A stretch of DNA of 64,000 nucleotides, taken from positions 587,385 to 651,384 of the forward strand of contig QQUY01000002.1 of the NCBI GenBank assembly GCA_003385635.1, given 5' to 3'. The position numbers were made by a program, and so were the translations under genes. The notes beneath the pieces were generated by a model that worked only from the letters and a program-made list of their open reading frames with translations, was not told the origin of the DNA and ran no database searches. Positions 1 to 8,141 of this stretch are shown piece by piece (within the stretch, counting starts at the first letter, position 1; every line of letters begins with the position of its first letter). This stretch comes from Acidobacteriota bacterium. Lineage in GTDB: Bacteria; Acidobacteriota; Blastocatellia; Pyrinomonadales; Pyrinomonadaceae.

Positions 1-109
1 CGAGCGAATTGATGTATTCGACCCTCGGCTTGATTGCCTTCAGGTACTGGTCCGTCTCCGTACCAAAGATCTTCTTAACGATCTTGTCTGCAAAACTGTT
101 AACAGCCAT
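1..109 (-). CDS. secA: Preprotein translocase ATPase SecA, N-terminal end only (gene runs off the left edge)
   Basis: Reverse-strand ATG at 107-109. The translation MAVNSFADKIVKKIFGTETDQYLKAIKPRVEYINSL fits the conserved SecA N-terminus (K.FG..N.R.LK...V..IN.LE pattern). Too short and truncated to appear in the ORF track. Confidence 0.65.
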   Translation of the reverse strand, partial: MAVNSFADKIVKKIFGTETDQYLKAIKPRVEYINSL

Positions 110-276
110 AAATCCTCTTCTTAGACCGCCGCTGCGGTCATCAGCCGGCAACCGGTTGAATACCGCCTGCCTTTATGAAAGGGGCTCCGCTGCTCATTAG
201 AGCACGGAATTCTTGACTTGCGCGGATCTCGCAGAAGTGGCGGCGAACGATCGCCCCTGACTCTGCGAACAGGCCA

Positions 277-636
277 TTATATTGAGGCTCGCGGAAGGAT
301 AGATGTGGTGAAGATCTGTTCGTTTGAAAAGTGGAATTCCGGTGCGGCCGGGACCGTGAGATCCGACGAGCCGTAGAACCCGGGTGCGATCTTTTCGACC
401 GCGGGATAACCAGAGATCGCGTGGACCTGGAACTTGTCGCTGTCCTTCTGCTTTCGGAGCTTGAGCTTTGAAAGCACGCTACCCGTCTTGGACGCAAACT
501 CAAAGATTCTGGACTGGGTCTCGCCGCCTATTCGTGAATCGGCAATTACCAAGGGAGACGCACCGACCAGCACGAGTCCGAGATAGACGGATATCGTAGT
601 GGCGATATAGATCGGGTTTTGGCTGCGCGTCTTCAT
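277..636 (-). CDS. Hypothetical small membrane-anchored protein
   Basis: 119-aa ORF with an N-terminal hydrophobic segment (IYIATTISVYLGLVLVGASPLVI), same direction as and just upstream of secA. No recognisable family. Confidence 0.4.
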   Translation of the reverse strand: MKTRSQNPIYIATTISVYLGLVLVGASPLVIADSRIGGETQSRIFEFASKTGSVLSKLKLRKQKDSDKFQVHAISGYPAVEKIAPGFYGSSDLTVPAAPEFHFSNEQIFTTSILPRASI

Positions 637-767
637 CTAAGAACCGTTTTTATTCTACAACAGGCCAGCCGTCGGCTTTAAGAGAGCAATCAGCCCGCCT
701 GAATCTCCAAAGGCCGGCGATCCTGAGGGATGCACCGGCCTGAAGCTCCTTGCCGTTTCGTCCGGGT

Positions 768-2075
768 CTATCTTTCTGCCCGGTTACCGGCGTTCGACTT
801 TTCAATACTGCCGTTGGGCTGTCCAGGTTTCTCGCCCTCCAGCCGTTTCCTTTCCTTTTCAGCCTGGTACTCACGCAGCCGTGTATTGATGATCGGGTGC
901 GCGACTTCTTTCTCCAGGTTGAACTTTATCTTCAGCCTGTTCTTCTCTGTTTCAAAGCTTGCGGCACGCATAAGAGTGATAACGTCGTCCTCAAGCTTCT
1001 TGATGTTGTTGTTATGCGCGAACAGTGCAGTGGACAACCAGGTTGAGAACTGGCTTGAGAGGCTCTTGGCCCGAGCCTCGTTCGGCATCAGAGCTACGAC
1101 CTCGGCCGCCAGTTTATCTTCATCCTGGTAGAAGACAATACGGACATCATTGATCCCCGCTTCGGTCAAATACCACATCCATCCGCTGTCACCTATCTTT
1201 TCAACAGCGTCCTTTGCGACGAGGATCATGTCCGGGTCGCCCTCTTCCTCTTCTGTCAGCCAACGCGATTTCTCGACGTCCAGCTTTCCCTTCTCATCGA
1301 TCCGAGCGACCATAGCCACTTTGAACGGCCTTTGAAGGTCCACCCGCTTATCGCTTACCTTCGCAACCACTCCATCGACAAAATCGTAAAGCGGCTGCTT
1401 GTTAATCTCGATCTCGGGAGCGGTTGCCGGCAGCGGCTTCACCTCTCTGTCATTGACTCCCGGTGTGGATTCCGGATCGTCGTCCGGCTTTCCGTTGTCG
1501 GCAACCTCTTCTCCACCCGGTTTCTTTTCGTCGTTGTCCGAATCATCAAAATCGCCGTCGACAAGGCTCCCGTTGGTCTTAGGGAGAGGCCTCGGCTTCA
1601 TTATCGGATCGTTGTTCGTCCGCGACGGCGGGATAATCGGCGGAGGCGGAGGTGTAATCGGTGAAAGCGGATCGAGTGGAAATGCCTCCAGATCCTGCTG
1701 CATCATCGCAAGTTCGTCACGGTTCGCGATCTGAAAGTAACCGACCGGATACGATAGGGAAGGCTCGACGTTGGTTTGATCGATCCAGACAACGTCCGAA
1801 TCCTTGATCTTCGTCTCCTCATACTCCTTAACGACATATCCTGTGTCCGCTGTCATCAGCTTGCTGCTGAAATAGACCGTGTCGAGCACGGAGCAGATCC
1901 TGTTAACAAACGGACTCTCACAAGCGCTTCTTGAGAGCATGTTGGACTGGCCGATCGCGAACAAGCCGATCAGATTGATCACTGCGGCGATCGCGAAGAA
2001 CCTGTACATTCTGGGGTTTACGAGTAGATTACGTATCTCGTAACCTTGAAGGAAATCTTTCTCCTGTTCCTGCAT
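768..2075 (-). CDS. Hypothetical membrane-anchored protein with proline-rich and acidic linker
   Basis: 435-aa ORF with an N-terminal TM helix (FFAIAAVINLIGLFAIG), a PPPPPIIPP tract and a charged linker. Coding-like composition, no recognised domain. Confidence 0.55.
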   Translation of the reverse strand: MQEQEKDFLQGYEIRNLLVNPRMYRFFAIAAVINLIGLFAIGQSNMLSRSACESPFVNRICSVLDTVYFSSKLMTADTGYVVKEYEETKIKDSDVVWIDQTNVEPSLSYPVGYFQIANRDELAMMQQDLEAFPLDPLSPITPPPPPIIPPSRTNNDPIMKPRPLPKTNGSLVDGDFDDSDNDEKKPGGEEVADNGKPDDDPESTPGVNDREVKPLPATAPEIEINKQPLYDFVDGVVAKVSDKRVDLQRPFKVAMVARIDEKGKLDVEKSRWLTEEEEGDPDMILVAKDAVEKIGDSGWMWYLTEAGINDVRIVFYQDEDKLAAEVVALMPNEARAKSLSSQFSTWLSTALFAHNNNIKKLEDDVITLMRAASFETEKNRLKIKFNLEKEVAHPIINTRLREYQAEKERKRLEGEKPGQPNGSIEKSNAGNRAER

Positions 2076-2239
2076 AGCTGTCTTTCGGTCAAATGCTCCT
2101 AAAACCGGTCCAGAGGTGTCAAAGCCTCTATGACGCGATGATCCGCTTTATAGTTGCGGAGCAATCGTTGATATTACCACTTTCAGGGGGCTCAACAAAG
2201 AATTCGACAGCTTGGAAATAAACATTTAACATCGCCCTG

Positions 2240-3082
2240 ATGGCGCGAAAAAGTAAACGGCAGAACAACTACCGAGGCGGAAAGAAGAAGCATCATACCG
2301 GTCGGGATCGGGACCGGCGCTCATCCGGCCAGGCTGCACCCAGTTATTCGCCGGCCCAGCTAAGAGCCGTAGAAGAACTGCTTTCCGGTATAGGCACACC
2401 GGAACCCACTCCATTTGTCCCAGACGATTTTCAGACTGAAGCGCTTGCCGCGATCGAAACCGAAGATGTGCTTGTGACCGCTCCCACGGGAAGCGGCAAG
2501 ACCTGGATCGCTCGCGAAGAGATCCGTCGTTTGTTGGAGCAGAACCAGCGTGCCTGGTACACGACACCTCTAAAGGCGCTCACGAATTCAAAGTACTCGG
2601 AATTCAGGGAGGAGTTCGGCGAAGAGAACGTCGGAATCCTGACAGGCGACCGGAAAGAAAATTCTGGCGCGCCTCTGATCGTGGGAACGACAGAGATATA
2701 CCGGAACCAGGTCTTTGACGCGCTTCGCGAGGGAACGAATATCGACACCGACTTTCTGATCCTCGACGAGGCGCACTATCTTGCCGACGATTACCGCGGA
2801 CACGTCTGGGAAGAATCGATAATCCTGACGCCACCAAGGGTCCGGATCCTGCTTCTTTCGGCCACTGTCGGGAATTCCGGCGAGTTCGCCGCGTGGATCC
2901 GCGACACCCGGGGAACAAAAGTGAGGGTCATCGACCGCGCCGGAGACCGTCCCGTGGAACTGCGGGCGGCATTTCTTGCTCCGAATCTGCAGCTGTTCCC
3001 TCTTCTTGGGAAAGACGGGCAGTTCAACCGGCAGATCGAACAGTTCAGAAGAAAAGACAGGAATTACGGGAGAAGGAGATGA
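2240..3082 (+). CDS. Ski2/HelY-like DEAH-box helicase, N-terminal (RecA1) fragment
   Basis: Walker A TAPTGSGKT, motif II LILDEAHYL and motif III LLSAT are present. The ORF ends at a TGA (3080-3082) that lies inside a repeat element. Confidence 0.8.
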   Translation: MARKSKRQNNYRGGKKKHHTGRDRDRRSSGQAAPSYSPAQLRAVEELLSGIGTPEPTPFVPDDFQTEALAAIETEDVLVTAPTGSGKTWIAREEIRRLLEQNQRAWYTTPLKALTNSKYSEFREEFGEENVGILTGDRKENSGAPLIVGTTEIYRNQVFDALREGTNIDTDFLILDEAHYLADDYRGHVWEESIILTPPRVRILLLSATVGNSGEFAAWIRDTRGTKVRVIDRAGDRPVELRAAFLAPNLQLFPLLGKDGQFNRQIEQFRRKDRNYGRRR

Positions 3083-3240
3083 GAGAAGAAATGATGAGTG
3101 ATGAGTACTGAGTAGTGGGTAATGAGTTATGGGTAATGAGTTGTAAGTACTGAGTGATTCTTACTGCTTACTGCTCACTACTTACTGCTTACTGCTCACT
3201 GCTCACTGCTTACTGCTCACTACTTACTGCTCACGATATG
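3078..3240. repeat. Low-complexity hairpin element (GAGTA/GTGAG-rich arm facing a CTTAC/CTCAC-rich arm) inserted in the helicase gene
   Basis: Left arm gatgagagaagaaatgatgagtgatgagtactgagtag... Right arm is tandem cttactgctcac units. The arms are imperfectly complementary. The string gagaagaaatga(tga)gtgatgag is shared with the element at 32047-32203. Confidence 0.7.
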
Positions 3241-3295
3241 GCGGGCGAGGCCGCCGCTAAACGCTCACTGATACACGACACCTTATCCCTGATAC

Positions 3296-5161
3296 ATGAA
3301 ATACAACCTCCCCGACATTCCCCCGCCGAAGCTGATCACCGCCCTCAGAAACCATGATCTTCTACCGGCGATCGTTTTCGTTCCTTCAAGGCGGAAATGC
3401 GACGAGTCCGCGACCGAAGTGGCGCTCGACAAGACGTTCCGAGCAGATCAGTCAAAACGGTCGGAAAGGCAGTCGCTGTTCGACAGATTCGCAGAGGAAA
3501 GCCCCGAAGTAAGGCGCCACAAGCATCGAAACATACTCGTCAATGCGGGTATCGCTTCGCATCACGCGGGCCATCTCCCGTCGTGGAAACTTCTCGTGGA
3601 GCTAATGATGTCGTCGGGTCTGCTCAATGCGATCTTCGCAACGTCGACGGTCGCCGCGGGCGTCGATTTTCCAGCTCGGACCGTGGTTGTTCTGAATTCC
3701 GATACCCGCGGAAACGACGGCTGGAGGCCTCTGACGGCAAGCGAGCTACAGCAAATGACCGGCAGAGCCGGACGCCGCGGAAAGGACAACGTTGGTTTCA
3801 TCGTCCTCGCGCCGGGAAAGTTTCAGGATCCGGCAAAGATCGCCGAGCTTTTAGGCTCACCCTCGGATCATCTGGAAAGCAAATTCAGGGCGACCTATAC
3901 GAGCCTTCTGAATCTGCTCGACGCCTTCGACAGTTTTGACCAGGTGCGCTCTATTGCCGAAAAGAGCTTTGCATTCAGGGACATTTCGCACCAGATCGCT
4001 TCACTCAAGGACAAAGAAGAAAAATCGAAAAACTCCCTTCGGAAACAGCTGAAGATCCCGGGCGTCGAGATACCGATCGAGAACGCGATCGGTTTCGAGC
4101 GACTTTCCGCCGCCAGAAGCCGCTTGCAGGAGAAGCTTCCCGAAACCCGCGCCGAGATGCGGTACGCCTGGCTTCAAGAGAACGTGGAACCCGGCAGGGT
4201 GATATCAAAGGGCAAAAGCAACAGACACTTTCAGCTTGTGCTGAACGTCTTCGGGGACAAAGTAATGACGATGCGGGATGACGGACGGGGTTCCTCTATC
4301 TCGCTTTCGAAGATCAAGCGGGTCTTTGCGAAGAAATATCCGCTTGAGGAGGACTCGGTGGACAAAGCGTTCGAGGACATTTTCGAAGGACGCAATCCGG
4401 TGATCAAGGAACCGAAGCTGTCACAGAAAAAGGAGGATCCCGGAGATGCGGTAGAGATCCTCGACAGCCTTCTCGCCCTCATGGTCCCTGAGAATCTTGA
4501 AGGAGACGAGAAACGAGCGGCTGAAGCACTGCTTTGGGACAAAGCTGAGGACGCCTACAAGCTTGAGAGGGTGCGGCGCGACATCGAGAACCTCCGCCGC
4601 GGCATTTGGGTGCCGTTCGAGCAGCGTGCAAGAGTGTTGGATTACTTCGGCTATCTCGACTTCGCAAAGCAACGGGTGACAGAGGACGGGGAATGGCTCG
4701 CAGATCTGAGGCTCGACCGTCCTCTTCTCGTGGGCGAGGCCCTCAAAGAAGGAATATTTGAAGAGCTGAGCACGGGAGAGATCGCGGGTTTCATGGCGGC
4801 GATCGCTTCGGACCCAGATCGCGATTACGGAAACCTTAATCCCACCTCACGCCTGCTCCAGGTGTTGACAGAGTTTGAAGATGTGATCTACGACGTCGCA
4901 AGAGTGGAATGGGAATTCGGAGTTGAACCTTCCGACGAGATAAATCTGTCGGCCGCGGCGGCAGCCGAGAACTGGGCGCAGGGATCAACGTGGGAAAGTC
5001 TAGTACGCAGTACACGGGCGGAAGAAGGCGACCTTGTTCGGCTGCTTTCGAGGACCGGGGAAGCGCTGATGCAGATTGCACAGCTGAGATCGTCGCAGCC
5101 GGATTCAGCGTTGGCCGCACGTGAGGCCTCCGAGATAATTCTTCGGGATCCGATCCGTTGA
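3296..5161 (+). CDS. Ski2/HelY-like helicase, C-terminal fragment (RecA2 plus Ski2-type C-terminal region)
   Basis: Motif IV region LLPAIVFVPSRRKCDE, motif V FATSTVAAGVDFPARTVV and motif VI QMTGRAGRRG. The C-terminal region resembles the Ski2/DSHCT tail. Same reading frame as 2240-3082. Confidence 0.8.
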   Translation: MKYNLPDIPPPKLITALRNHDLLPAIVFVPSRRKCDESATEVALDKTFRADQSKRSERQSLFDRFAEESPEVRRHKHRNILVNAGIASHHAGHLPSWKLLVELMMSSGLLNAIFATSTVAAGVDFPARTVVVLNSDTRGNDGWRPLTASELQQMTGRAGRRGKDNVGFIVLAPGKFQDPAKIAELLGSPSDHLESKFRATYTSLLNLLDAFDSFDQVRSIAEKSFAFRDISHQIASLKDKEEKSKNSLRKQLKIPGVEIPIENAIGFERLSAARSRLQEKLPETRAEMRYAWLQENVEPGRVISKGKSNRHFQLVLNVFGDKVMTMRDDGRGSSISLSKIKRVFAKKYPLEEDSVDKAFEDIFEGRNPVIKEPKLSQKKEDPGDAVEILDSLLALMVPENLEGDEKRAAEALLWDKAEDAYKLERVRRDIENLRRGIWVPFEQRARVLDYFGYLDFAKQRVTEDGEWLADLRLDRPLLVGEALKEGIFEELSTGEIAGFMAAIASDPDRDYGNLNPTSRLLQVLTEFEDVIYDVARVEWEFGVEPSDEINLSAAAAAENWAQGSTWESLVRSTRAEEGDLVRLLSRTGEALMQIAQLRSSQPDSALAAREASEIILRDPIR

Positions 5162-5270
5162 ATCCTGTACCGCGGACGTGTCGAAATCATTGACATAGGG
5201 TTTTGTTCCTTACTTCTGCAAGGGCTATTTGATATGATTTCCTTTCGCGGAGTATTTACCGTGTGATGTT

Positions 5271-6107
5271 ATGAAAGTTTTTCTGGCAGATGAGTACGGG
5301 TTCTGTTTCGGCGTTGAGCGAGCGGTCGAGATGGTGGAGGATTCCCTATCTAACAATGAGACGGTCCGGACACTTGGGCCGTTGATCCATAACGAACAGG
5401 AAATGGAGCGGCTTGGCGGAAGCGGTGTAACAACTATCAGCGAGCCAGTTCAGATCAAGCGCGGCGAAACCGCTGTTATCCGGGCTCACGGAGTAACTCC
5501 CCAGGTTCAGCAGGAACTACAGGAAAAGGCTTCAAAGGTGGTCGACGCGACTTGTCCGTTCGTGACCCGCGTTCAGAGGCTTGCGTCCAGAGCCGCAAAT
5601 GAAGACCGGCACGTGATCGTGGTCGGAAATCCCGACCATCCGGAGATGATCGGTGTCAAAGGCTATGCACCGGAGCACGCTTTCGTTATCAAAGATGAAA
5701 GCGAAGTGAAATCGCTTCCAAAGCTCAAGAACCCATTGGTCGTTTCGCAAACCACAATCAAAGCAAAGACCTTCTTCGATACGGCCGAGGCGATCAAGTC
5801 TGTTGCGGAAGGCGAAACCCAGGTGATCAACACGATCTGCTCGGCGACAAGAGACAGACAGGATGCCGCCCGTGCTCTGGCAGGCGAAGTGGAAGCATTC
5901 TACGTTATCGGGGGAAACCACTCCTCGAACAGCCGCAAACTCTTGAACGTCTGCAAGGAACAGTGCGAAAGGAGCTTTCTTATTCAGACAGAAGACGACA
6001 TTGATCCTTCAGATCTTTCAGGGCTCCAAAGAGTAGGTGTTACGGCAGGTGCCTCAACGCCAAAATGGCTGATCGACAGGGTCGTCGCTAGGCTTGAGGC
6101 CTTGTAG
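5271..6107 (+). CDS. ispH: 4-hydroxy-3-methylbut-2-enyl diphosphate reductase
   Basis: N-terminus MKVFLADEYGFCFGVERAVEMVE plus three conserved Cys contexts (GFCFG, DATCPFV, NTICSAT) typical of IspH/LytB. Confidence 0.9.
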   Translation: MKVFLADEYGFCFGVERAVEMVEDSLSNNETVRTLGPLIHNEQEMERLGGSGVTTISEPVQIKRGETAVIRAHGVTPQVQQELQEKASKVVDATCPFVTRVQRLASRAANEDRHVIVVGNPDHPEMIGVKGYAPEHAFVIKDESEVKSLPKLKNPLVVSQTTIKAKTFFDTAEAIKSVAEGETQVINTICSATRDRQDAARALAGEVEAFYVIGGNHSSNSRKLLNVCKEQCERSFLIQTEDDIDPSDLSGLQRVGVTAGASTPKWLIDRVVARLEAL

Positions 6108-6139
6108 AATACAATCTTGAATTTGGCCAGACAAAGTCG

Positions 6140-6161
6140 GGGCAGTCTGAAAAGGCTGCCC
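6140..6161 (+). terminator. Hairpin after ispH (GGGCAG tctgaaaagg CTGCCC), member of the conserved-loop hairpin family
   Basis: 6-bp GC stem with a 10-nt loop, followed by gatttagttt. Located 33 nt after the ispH stop. Confidence 0.5.
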
Positions 6162-6198
6162 GATTTAGTTTGGATTTCGTTTGGTTCGGAATCCATAG

Positions 6199-6354
6199 GC
6201 CCCGTTACGAGCTACAAGTCCGTAGTGTAGGTTCTCAAAGTGTCGATCCCTGTCCCTCCGGGCTAAACCATTTCTTGTCAATACTGCGCTCCTGACGGAG
6301 TGCGGCTCTTTTTTCGGGATCGGCTTTTTACAGACATTGTGATTCTAACGAAGC
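6199..6354. repeat. Degenerate copy of a roughly 150-bp MITE-like element (same family as 55222-55369)
   Basis: Left end gccccgttacgagctacaagtccgtag, internal hairpin gcgctcctgacggagtgc and right end ttacagacattgtgattctaacgaagc align with the ends and internal hairpin of the 55222-55369 element. Confidence 0.45.
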
Positions 6355-6386
6355 CGAACAAATACTATCCCACAGCAAAAAGATAA

Positions 6387-6408
6387 AGGCAGCCTTTACA
6401 GACTGCCT
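6387..6408 (-). terminator. Hairpin after the LysM gene (minus strand reads AGGCAG tctgtaaagg CTGCCT then a T-rich tail)
   Basis: 6-bp stem and 10-nt loop, followed on the minus strand by ttatcttttt. About 30 nt downstream of the 6440 stop. Confidence 0.55.
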
Positions 6409-6439
6409 CCTCAAGTGTCGCGTGCTGTTGTTCCCGGTT

Positions 6440-7297
6440 CTAAGGAATTCTCAGTTCTTGCCCAACCGTGAGATTACCAGGACCGGAAAGCTTGTCGCGG
6501 TTCGCATTATAGATATCCATGTATCTGCTCGAAGTACCGTAGAACCTGATGCTGATCTTGCCCAAGGTGTCTCCGGGCTGAACGACGTAGGTTCGGTACT
6601 CCCCTACCGGGGGAGCGTAATCGTCGTTGATGTCACGATCACCCTGCGATTGATACCTGGGCAAATAGACCTCACGGTTCATGTAGACACCGAACTCGGT
6701 TCCAGCTTTAACCTCGGCCTCTTCGCCTTTCGTCAGCTTTTCGCCGATCAGGCCGCCGATGGCTCCTGCAATGCCACCGATCAATGCGCCTTTCCCGCCG
6801 CCGATCGCAGCGCCGATCACCGCACCTCCGGCACCACCGCCTCCGATGAAGATGACCTTTCGGTGCTCCATACGATCACCAGAAGCCGTTCCTTCAGGGT
6901 CACTCTTGGCATCGTCAGTATCGAGATTCGTAAGCGAGCCGTTGATCGCTTTCGAACTTCCGTTCGGCAGTCTGATCTCTATGAAGGTTACGTCGATGCT
7001 GCCCGGTTTTCCACCTTTTTTTGCGGGTTCGACCGCATCTACTCTGCCGATTATCGAACTTCCTTCCGGAATAACAACCACGCCTGTCGTCGAATAGACT
7101 GGTTCGACGACTTTTGTCGTAAACCGGTCCCCAACCTGCGAGATCTTCGAGCTGAGCTTGTTCTCCAATCGAACCCGGACACGCTCTCCGGCTTCGACCT
7201 TGTACTCTCTGTCCTGCCCAACCAGCGATGTGTAACCGCCAAGCAGGACGATCGCAAATACTGCTGTCAGTCCTTTAACTAGTATCTTGTTGTTCAT
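6440..7297 (-). CDS. Secreted LysM-domain protein with a glycine-zipper segment
   Basis: Signal-like N-terminus, the tract GGGGAGGAVIGAAIGGGKGALIGGIAGAIGGLIG, and a C-terminal LysM-like YVVQPGDTLGKISIRFYG...NANRDKL...LTVGQELRIP. Confidence 0.8.
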   Translation of the reverse strand: MNNKILVKGLTAVFAIVLLGGYTSLVGQDREYKVEAGERVRVRLENKLSSKISQVGDRFTTKVVEPVYSTTGVVVIPEGSSIIGRVDAVEPAKKGGKPGSIDVTFIEIRLPNGSSKAINGSLTNLDTDDAKSDPEGTASGDRMEHRKVIFIGGGGAGGAVIGAAIGGGKGALIGGIAGAIGGLIGEKLTKGEEAEVKAGTEFGVYMNREVYLPRYQSQGDRDINDDYAPPVGEYRTYVVQPGDTLGKISIRFYGTSSRYMDIYNANRDKLSGPGNLTVGQELRIP

Positions 7298-7621
7298 TGT
7301 TCCGCTTTCCTTGATCAGTAAATCGATCCCTGCCCAGGCATTTGATCAATCGCCGGGTCTCGACAGAAGATCTGTGCAAAACCGTGCGGGCAAGGAGAGG
7401 AAGAGTGTCACCTCTTTCAGAGCATATCACTACACCGATAGTTGTAGAAGAAACGGAATAAATATTGAAAAGCGCTCTCTATTGACAGTATAGTCCCTCC
7501 AACGGCGAAAATTTGATTCTTCAGATCGGGACCGACCCTCGGAATGCGATAGCTAAATCCGGGGGTCGCAACGATTTGGACTGACTGTTAAACACAGTTT
7601 AAGACCTGGCGGGCGTACCGA

Positions 7622-8011
7622 ATGTCTCTTTTCTACCAGACGGTTCTTCTTTTTTCACTGAACCTCATCGATGCATTTTTGACCGTTTACTGGGTGAGGA
7701 ACGGATATGCTACAGAGGGCAATTACCTGATGGCAACGCTCCTCGAGATGGGTAACCTGCCGTTCATCCTCGTTAAGGTCGCAATCGGTGTCGTCGCCGC
7801 TTATTCCTTCTGGAACTGGAAGCATTTCAAACTCGCCCGATTCGGACTCTCGATCAGTCTTGTGCTCTACATCGGCGTAATGGCCATCCACTTTTTGACC
7901 GGTTTGGTAGTGACCGGAATGGTCAGCGGCGCATTCATACAGGAATTGAATTCCTGGACGCGTTCGGTGCTCATCTTCTCACATCAGATCGCCGCACATA
8001 CGATATCGTGA
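7622..8011 (+). CDS. Small multi-pass membrane protein (DUF5658-like)
   Basis: 129 aa with 3-4 predicted TM helices. LNLIDAFLTVYWV..G.ATEGN resembles DUF5658-type proteins. Family assignment is from memory only. Confidence 0.5.
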   Translation: MSLFYQTVLLFSLNLIDAFLTVYWVRNGYATEGNYLMATLLEMGNLPFILVKVAIGVVAAYSFWNWKHFKLARFGLSISLVLYIGVMAIHFLTGLVVTGMVSGAFIQELNSWTRSVLIFSHQIAAHTIS

Positions 8012-8141
8012 AAGATTCCCGCTTTTCCCCTACGATATCGTTCAGTCTTAACTTCCTTAAAATCAGATAATTCCCTTTGTACGGGATCCATACAGCCCAG
8101 CGGCTCGAAGGTACGGATTTTGCGGTGATGTAGGATGAAAA

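Noticed and set aside
3160-3236. Tandem short repeats considered as a possible CRISPR array
   Set aside because: The repeat period is only 6-12 nt with no unique spacers, and there are no cas genes. It is one arm of a hairpin-type element.
3154-3357. 67-aa ORF translating to LTAYCSLLTAYCSLLTAYCS...
   Set aside because: It is simply the translation of the tandem CTTACTGCTCAC repeat arm of the element inserted in the helicase gene, not a gene. The ORFs at 31776-32162 and 32119-32463 (minus strand, YCVLSTEY...) are the equivalent artefacts of the second element.
6422-7282. 286-aa ORF on the plus strand
   Set aside because: It is entirely antisense to the LysM/glycine-zipper gene (6440-7297), which has a signal peptide and recognisable domains. 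The plus-strand translation is low-complexity. This is a typical shadow ORF in GC-rich coding DNA.
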